From NCBI GenBank assembly GCA_963813025.1, contig CAWEXO010000011.1, positions 416,001 through 480,000 of the forward strand: a stretch of 64,000 nt of DNA, written 5' to 3'. The notes beneath the pieces were generated by a model. The model had not been told where the DNA came from, did not search any database, and saw only the letters and a program-made list of their open reading frames with translations. The position numbers were made by a program, and so were the translations under genes. Origin of the DNA: an uncultured Verrucomicrobiae bacterium (GTDB lineage: Bacteria; Verrucomicrobiota; Verrucomicrobiia; Chthoniobacterales; JAFAMB01). This document shows, in pieces, positions 58,975-64,000 of this stretch (position 1 is its first letter; each line of letters opens with the position of its first letter).

Positions 58975-60735
58975 TCACAAACACTTCGCATCCGCCGTTT
59001 TGCGGTCGAACGGCATTGCGTGCGCAGGTGTTCGACCCCGCCATTTGCGCGTTCCGGAGGTGGGGCCGTCGATCTGCCGTCGCGCTACATCGGGACGGAC
59101 GAGCAGGCCGGAATCTTCTGCAGTTAGAGGAATCTGTACACCTGAGCGAAGTCCGCGATAGCGAGAAGTAGATTCATCGTAGTTTTCGGCATAGGCAAAA
59201 GCATCCTGCTCCCATGTCAAGAGCGCAAGCCCCGCGCGAATAGCATTCACCAGAACGTTAGTTGTCTATAGACGCGGCAGGTAGAGATAACGACCGAAGT
59301 CCTCTGGAGAGTTGCCGGATCGGGACGTGGTTCCCACGCCATAAGGGTACGCGATCCATTTCCATACGCAGGCGTGAAGCGGCAAAGTTGACCACGAGCA
59401 ATTCATCATTCTTAAGCTTCTTGCTGGCACGCTCCGCAAGTCCGGTGTTCCCTGATAGACGGATCGTCTGCCAGGTAACAGGATCCACCACCTTATCTGG
59501 GTCTCGCTTAAGCTGCTCGGCACGATCCACGGCGAGTTTCCTCACAGTGGGCTGGGTCGAATAGCAGCCGCGCGGGCCGTCCTGGTAGAGATAGGTTGCG
59601 GCTGCAGCGAGTCGTCGCAAAGCATCCCCGAACACCGGAGGGGGTTCACCAGGCATTACACAGCCGAGCTTCAAGCGGCAAACTGGGACCGTCGATGTCC
59701 TTTCGATGATCGGCACCCAACTGTCGGGGAGATAACGCGTGAGTTCGAACTGTACGCGCGAATCGTCGATCGGGATGTTGGCCGGAAGGATCAGGGGATT
59801 CTTGTCGCCCTTATCCCATAGGCTGTGAAGCACTGCGGCCATGCGCCGCAAGGACACCACGTGTGCGTTGAAACTTCACCAAGGTCGACCAGTCGGTGTA
59901 CAGCCGGTCAAAAATCTCCGGGTGGATGGGATATGCAGCCTTAACCCGTTTCTCATAATCGGCTTCATGGCACTCAGGTGGAAACTCCTGGTGCTGAATC
60001 CGGTGGAACTCGGCGAAAGCCCGCGCCACCACGTCGCGGTCCTTAAATTGTGCCTGCTCGGCGAGGGGCTCGAATAGTCGACGGCGCACGATCTCGAAGC
60101 CCTTCCTCGGCACTGGCTTGCCGCCACGAAGACTCTACGCGCCCTACTACATTGCGCAGCCGGTCCAAGGCCTCGCGCCCGCGTCGTCCTCCGACCTCCG
60201 TATCATCAGCCTGGGTGTGCGGTGAGCCAGCCGTGTCAGAGACTGGCAAACTGATGACGAGCAGGCAATTCTTAACCAGCTTGGCCGGTTCGGTGAGGAT
60301 CTGAGCGAATGTAAATTGTGTCTCAAAGCCGCCTGCTGGCAAGTCGCTCTGATCGTGAAGCTGGCGTGCATAGGCGACCCACTCATCGATCAGGACTAGA
60401 CAGGGGCCGTACTCGTTGAAGAGTTCGCGTAGAACATCGCCGGGGCTCGTGGCCTTCTCGTCGTCGGAACTGACGCGCTCGAAGGCTTTCTTTCCGCCAA
60501 GCTGCCAGGCGAGCTCACCCGAAAGAGTGCCCACGATCGTGCCATCTGGCTTTTCTATAGGATTACCCGGTGAGATCTTGTTCCCCACCAAAACCACCCG
60601 TCTGACCGTCGGAAGCTTATCAATCGCTGCTTCCTGAAGTACGGTATCGATTCCAACCAAATCACTCGATTTCGTTCCCGAGAACAGGTGGTAAAGCGCA
60701 AGCATGGAGTGCGTTTTGCCGCCTCCGAAATTAGC
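58975..60735 (-). pseudogene. DUF499 AAA+ ATPase remnant with several internal deletions and frameshifts
   Basis: NFGGGKTHSMLALYHL Walker A, LIDEWVAYARQL Walker B, FEIVRRRLF, AYPIHPE.FDRLY..WS..KFQRTRGVL. Confidence 0.85.
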
Positions 60736-60880
60736 TTGCCGCTTTCCCGCGCCAGGCGGGTGATCTCGGGCCAGCTTTGCACGAGGCCATTATAAGAAAG
60801 CGCCTCCTGCGCACGTTTCTTGCGCTCGCACACCGTGTAGAGGCGATAGGCCAGTTCGCGGGCGATCTCCGCCTTCCTAG
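60735..60880 (-). pseudogene. C-terminal fragment of a DUF1156 adenine methyltransferase
   Basis: AE.ARELAYRLY..CERKKRA.EA..YN.LV.SWPEI, directly upstream of DUF499. Confidence 0.7.
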
Positions 60881-60895
60881 GGCAACGATATTTAT

Positions 60896-61150
60896 CTACC
60901 AGCGGTGCCAACGGCGCCAGCGATGATATCGCCGCCAATACCAATAGCCATACGGACGCCGGTAATAGTAAGGACGATAAAAGCCGGGACCGTACCAGGC
61001 ATATGGATAATAGCCCCCATAATACGCCGGGGGTCCCCAGAATCCTGGACCAACTGATATACTAAAGCCGACTGAACCAGCCTTGGCCGGATGCGGCGAA
61101 AATGCGCACAACCCGATAACGGCCAGGGTAAGAAGAAGAATTCGTTTCAT
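60896..61150 (-). CDS. Small secreted Gly/Tyr/Pro-rich protein with Trp/Arg-rich tail
   Basis: Signal peptide ending PAKA; mature part YYGGYYPY...WRRYHRWRRWHRW. Confidence 0.75.
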   Translation of the reverse strand: MKRILLLTLAVIGLCAFSPHPAKAGSVGFSISVGPGFWGPPAYYGGYYPYAWYGPGFYRPYYYRRPYGYWYWRRYHRWRRWHRW

Positions 61151-61460
61151 AGCAGATCAATTTCGATCTTATTGGACGGAGCTTATCCCGTGCCTATTCG
61201 GTTGGTCTGTGTCTGAAACGCCCGGTGAGCACGGCAACTGTGGCGCTCCAAACAAATTCTCGCCGGGCGCTCGTCCGCCAAGGCGGATCGCCCTGCCGGC
61301 ACAGCGGCGCTTCGGCTCAGCCTGACATCGCGATCCTTGGCAGTCAAAAAAGGCAATAAAATCACGGGAAGCTGGTTCCATCCGTACTCGACGTATCGAT
61401 GAACCGCTGACCTCCTGTTCCAAATACGTGATTTGAGTTTTTCACTTTCGAGAATGCAAA

Positions 61461-61488
61461 AAGCCCGCGGAAAAGTCCGCAGGCTTTG
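61461..61488 (-). terminator. Intrinsic terminator
   Basis: AAAGCCCGCGGA-AAAG-TCCGCAGGCTTT hairpin giving a T-run on the minus strand, downstream of the 57-aa ORF. Confidence 0.6.
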
Positions 61489-61529
61489 CTTTGCTGGCCC
61501 AAAGGGCCAGAAAACTGGGGCAAACGTTG

Positions 61530-61703
61530 CTAGGAAGATTTGTTGGTCTTCGCAGCGGAGGTCTTCTTGTGCTTATGGGTCATGGTCTTCTTCGCCTTTG
61601 TCGGGGAAGCCGCGGGTGAAGGTGAAGGAGATGGGTCGGCTGCAAAGGCAGCCACACTCGTCAGACCGATAACAGCAGCCAAAGCGAGAATGCTTTTCTT
61701 CAT
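61530..61703 (-). CDS. 57-aa secreted basic low-complexity protein (Asr-like composition); absent from the ORF track
   Basis: MKKSILALAAVIGLTSVAAFA signal then ADPSPSPSPAASPTKAKKTMTHKHKKTSAAKTNKSS; followed by a terminator. Confidence 0.7.
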   Translation of the reverse strand: MKKSILALAAVIGLTSVAAFAADPSPSPSPAASPTKAKKTMTHKHKKTSAAKTNKSS

Positions 61704-61832
61704 TTTTTCTTAATCTATTGATGGTGCTCCGCCTGCGGTGCTGGCTCAGGAGCCAGGCCGCAGGTGATATTTCGCATCGATCGTCTTCGAACCAGGAAAC
61801 CGCTTCCTAGGTTCAGGAGATTCGAGCAAGAG

Positions 61833-62111
61833 TCAGTAATAGCGTTTCACTACGACCCTCCGGTAACCTGGACCGTAAAAAACCCGTCGCGCCACAAAGA
61901 TGCGGCGATACGGATAATACCCGTAGCCCGGGTAGTAGCCATAGGCTCTCCCGTAGAATACCGGGTAAGGACCACAGAACGGTCCGCCGGCATAAAACAC
62001 CGGGAACGGAAAACCGAACCCGAAGCTAAAATGCACTCCGGCTTGAGCCCGTGTCGGACATAGCACCAAGATGCCAAGCCCGGCTACCAAAAGGAGTAGC
62101 AATTTCTTCAT
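61833..62111 (-). CDS. Small secreted Gly/Tyr/Pro/Phe-rich protein with Arg-rich tail
   Basis: MKKLLLLL..RAQA signal peptide; GVHFSFGFGFP...YGYYPGYGYYPYRR; RBS GAGG. Confidence 0.75.
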   Translation of the reverse strand: MKKLLLLLVAGLGILVLCPTRAQAGVHFSFGFGFPFPVFYAGGPFCGPYPVFYGRAYGYYPGYGYYPYRRIFVARRVFYGPGYRRVVVKRYY

Positions 62112-62266
62112 ACTTTCCTCACGTGACCTCAACCCGGGCGAACTTCGGAAGTTTCGGGAATTCTGGGATGTCGCCAAATAATACCCAAGCAATCGCAACG
62201 CGCGGCCTTGCGTGGCGCCCTTCCTTTTGGTACCTGAATCCACCCTCTGGGCAACAGAGAATACAC

Positions 62267-63355
62267 ATGGCAGGCTTACAGCTTCACGACGTCGTCAAAC
62301 GATTCGGCCAAACGGAGATCATTCACGGTATATCCTTACGGATCGAGGACGGCGAATTGGTGGTCTTTGTCGGCCCGTCGGGTTGCGGCAAGTCGACGCT
62401 CCTGCGCCTGATTGCCGGTCTGGAGGAACTGACCCAGGGCGAAGTTTTCATCGGCGGTCGTCCGGTCAATGATATTGACCCGGCCAACCGAGGGGTAGCG
62501 ATGGTTTTCCAGACCTATGCGCTCTATCCGCACATGACCGTGGAACAAAATATGGGTTTTGGCCTTCGCATGGCTAAACGGCCGAAAGCGGAGATCCGCG
62601 AGCGAGTCGAGCGCGCAGCAAAAATCCTCCATCTGACCCCTTACCTCAAACGCCGACCAAAAGAACTCTCCGGCGGCCAGCGCCAACGCGTGGCGATCGG
62701 GCGAGCGATCGTCCGGGAACCGCAGGTTTTTCTCTTCGATGAGCCGCTGTCCAACCTCGACGCAGAATTGCGAGTGCAGATGCGTATTGAGTTGGCGAAG
62801 CTGCACAGCGAACTCCAGACGACAATGATCTATGTGACACACGACCAGGTCGAAGCCATGACGTTGGCCGACAAAATCGTCGTGATTAATGAGGGCGCGA
62901 TCGAGCAGGTAGGACGCCCGATGGATCTTTACCAGACCCCGGCCAACCTGTTTGTTGCTGGATTTATCGGTGCACCCAGAATGAACTTTTTCTCGGTAAC
63001 TGCGGACGATCGGACCCCGGCCGGCTTGCGAATTCAAACCGACGATTTTTCCGATGAGACGGTCATTCTGCCGACTCGTACACAGCGAGTCATTCCGCGC
63101 GCAAAAGAACTGACCTTAGGGATCCGACCCGAGCACTTGCGAGTCACCGAGGCCGGTTACGGTAAAGGGCGACTGACGATCGAAGTGGTCGAGAGCCTCG
63201 GTGACAGTACTTATCTGCATGGGCTTACCCCAACCGGCAGCCGAATGACGATTAGCACCAAGGGATTTCATATCTACCGGCATCATGATGTAGTTGGCGT
63301 CGATTTCGAGGAGGCACACGCACATCTCTTCGAGCCGGGCGGACCGGTTGTCTGA
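62267..63355 (+). CDS. Sugar ABC transporter ATP-binding protein (MalK/UgpC family)
   Basis: GPSGCGKST, VFQTYALYPHMTV, LSGGQRQR, FDEPLSNLD, YVTHDQVEAMT, GIRPEHL. Confidence 0.96.
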   Translation: MAGLQLHDVVKRFGQTEIIHGISLRIEDGELVVFVGPSGCGKSTLLRLIAGLEELTQGEVFIGGRPVNDIDPANRGVAMVFQTYALYPHMTVEQNMGFGLRMAKRPKAEIRERVERAAKILHLTPYLKRRPKELSGGQRQRVAIGRAIVREPQVFLFDEPLSNLDAELRVQMRIELAKLHSELQTTMIYVTHDQVEAMTLADKIVVINEGAIEQVGRPMDLYQTPANLFVAGFIGAPRMNFFSVTADDRTPAGLRIQTDDFSDETVILPTRTQRVIPRAKELTLGIRPEHLRVTEAGYGKGRLTIEVVESLGDSTYLHGLTPTGSRMTISTKGFHIYRHHDVVGVDFEEAHAHLFEPGGPVV

Positions 63356-63428
63356 AAACCGGCAGGAATTCCTCTACTCACTTGATTTAGCCAAAACTCC
63401 AGCGCACGCTGCAGCGACACGGGTCCCC

Positions 63429-64000
63429 ATGAGCGAACCGGAGGAAGTCAGCCGCGAAATCCCGCAAATCGGCGATGGAAATGAGTCCGCCGAGATCGAG
63501 ATTTCTGAACGCGACATTGTCTTTGAGTGTCCGCATTGCCGTGGAGAACTAGTGGTGGATCGGGACGGGGCTGGACTGGTCGTCAATTGCGTGTTTTGCC
63601 GCCAGCCCGTGACCGTGCCGTCCTACACCGGGCCATCGCTTCATTATCTACAGGCCGCCACCGCAAAGTTGAGTGACGCCCTGCGCACGACTCGAACGTC
63701 CAATCCGAAGAATTACCGTTTCGAAGGCAGGACCAGGGAGGAACTCAACCTCCGGGCGAAAGAACTACAAGCGCAGCTTCGCGACGTGCAGAGCCAAGCC
63801 TCCGAAGTGCGCGGACTTCTGAATCATGCGCGTATCCAGCTCCACCGTTATCAACTGAAGCTCGAGATGCTGCACGAACGTCAGAGCGAGCTGAAGAGCG
63901 AACTGGACGCTTTGCTCGGCTTTACCCGAGCCGCGGAAAACGATCAACCTGCGGAAGAAAAGGCGCCGGCGCAGGTTGAAGAAAGCGGTGGGAGCGGTGG
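63429..64000 (+). CDS. Zn-ribbon plus coiled-coil hypothetical protein (runs off the window end)
   Basis: Manual translation: FECPHC...VNCVFCRQPVTVP, then heptad-rich helix; no stop before 64000. Confidence 0.7.
   Translation, partial: MSEPEEVSREIPQIGDGNESAEIEISERDIVFECPHCRGELVVDRDGAGLVVNCVFCRQPVTVPSYTGPSLHYLQAATAKLSDALRTTRTSNPKNYRFEGRTREELNLRAKELQAQLRDVQSQASEVRGLLNHARIQLHRYQLKLEMLHERQSELKSELDALLGFTRAAENDQPAEEKAPAQVEESGGSG

Noticed and set aside
1..64000. Retron, DGR, group II intron, prophage or intact anti-phage system
   Set aside because: No reverse transcriptase, phage structural genes or complete defence operon recognised

Overview
GC-rich bacterial chromosomal segment. Gene content and intergenic repeat style suggest a soil Verrucomicrobiota (Chthoniobacterales-like) genome, which is an inference. 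Bases 1-45.4 kb are mostly housekeeping and metabolic genes: amidase, Ku, 2-oxoacid:ferredoxin oxidoreductase, split pntA1/A2 plus pntB, a CusRS-like two-component system, LptF/G permease, DinG/YoaA helicase, tRNA-Cys, lgt, Ski2-like helicase, bioB, uppP, vapBC, araAD, a sugar oxidoreductase pair, a cNMP-domain MscS and ribD. This part carries an intact IS630 and an IS110 element. The ~300-nt non-coding left end of the IS110 looks like a bridge RNA, with visible 7-nt matches to the inferred target and donor junctions. Bases ~45.5-60.9 kb are a decayed accessory island of gene fragments joined end to end (integrase, arsM, MFS, YcaQ, IS21, TA modules, DUF1156/DUF499 defence relic). The island also holds an intact resolvase with res-like sites, a gene with an internal inversion, and a ~1.08-kb non-autonomous element with TnsB-like ends carrying a hydratase. 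Three small secreted low-complexity peptides and a MalK-type ATPase follow. No CRISPR array, rRNA or reverse transcriptase was seen. Some single-base frameshifts (e.g. in lgt) may be sequencing errors. All family calls come from motif recognition, not database searches.
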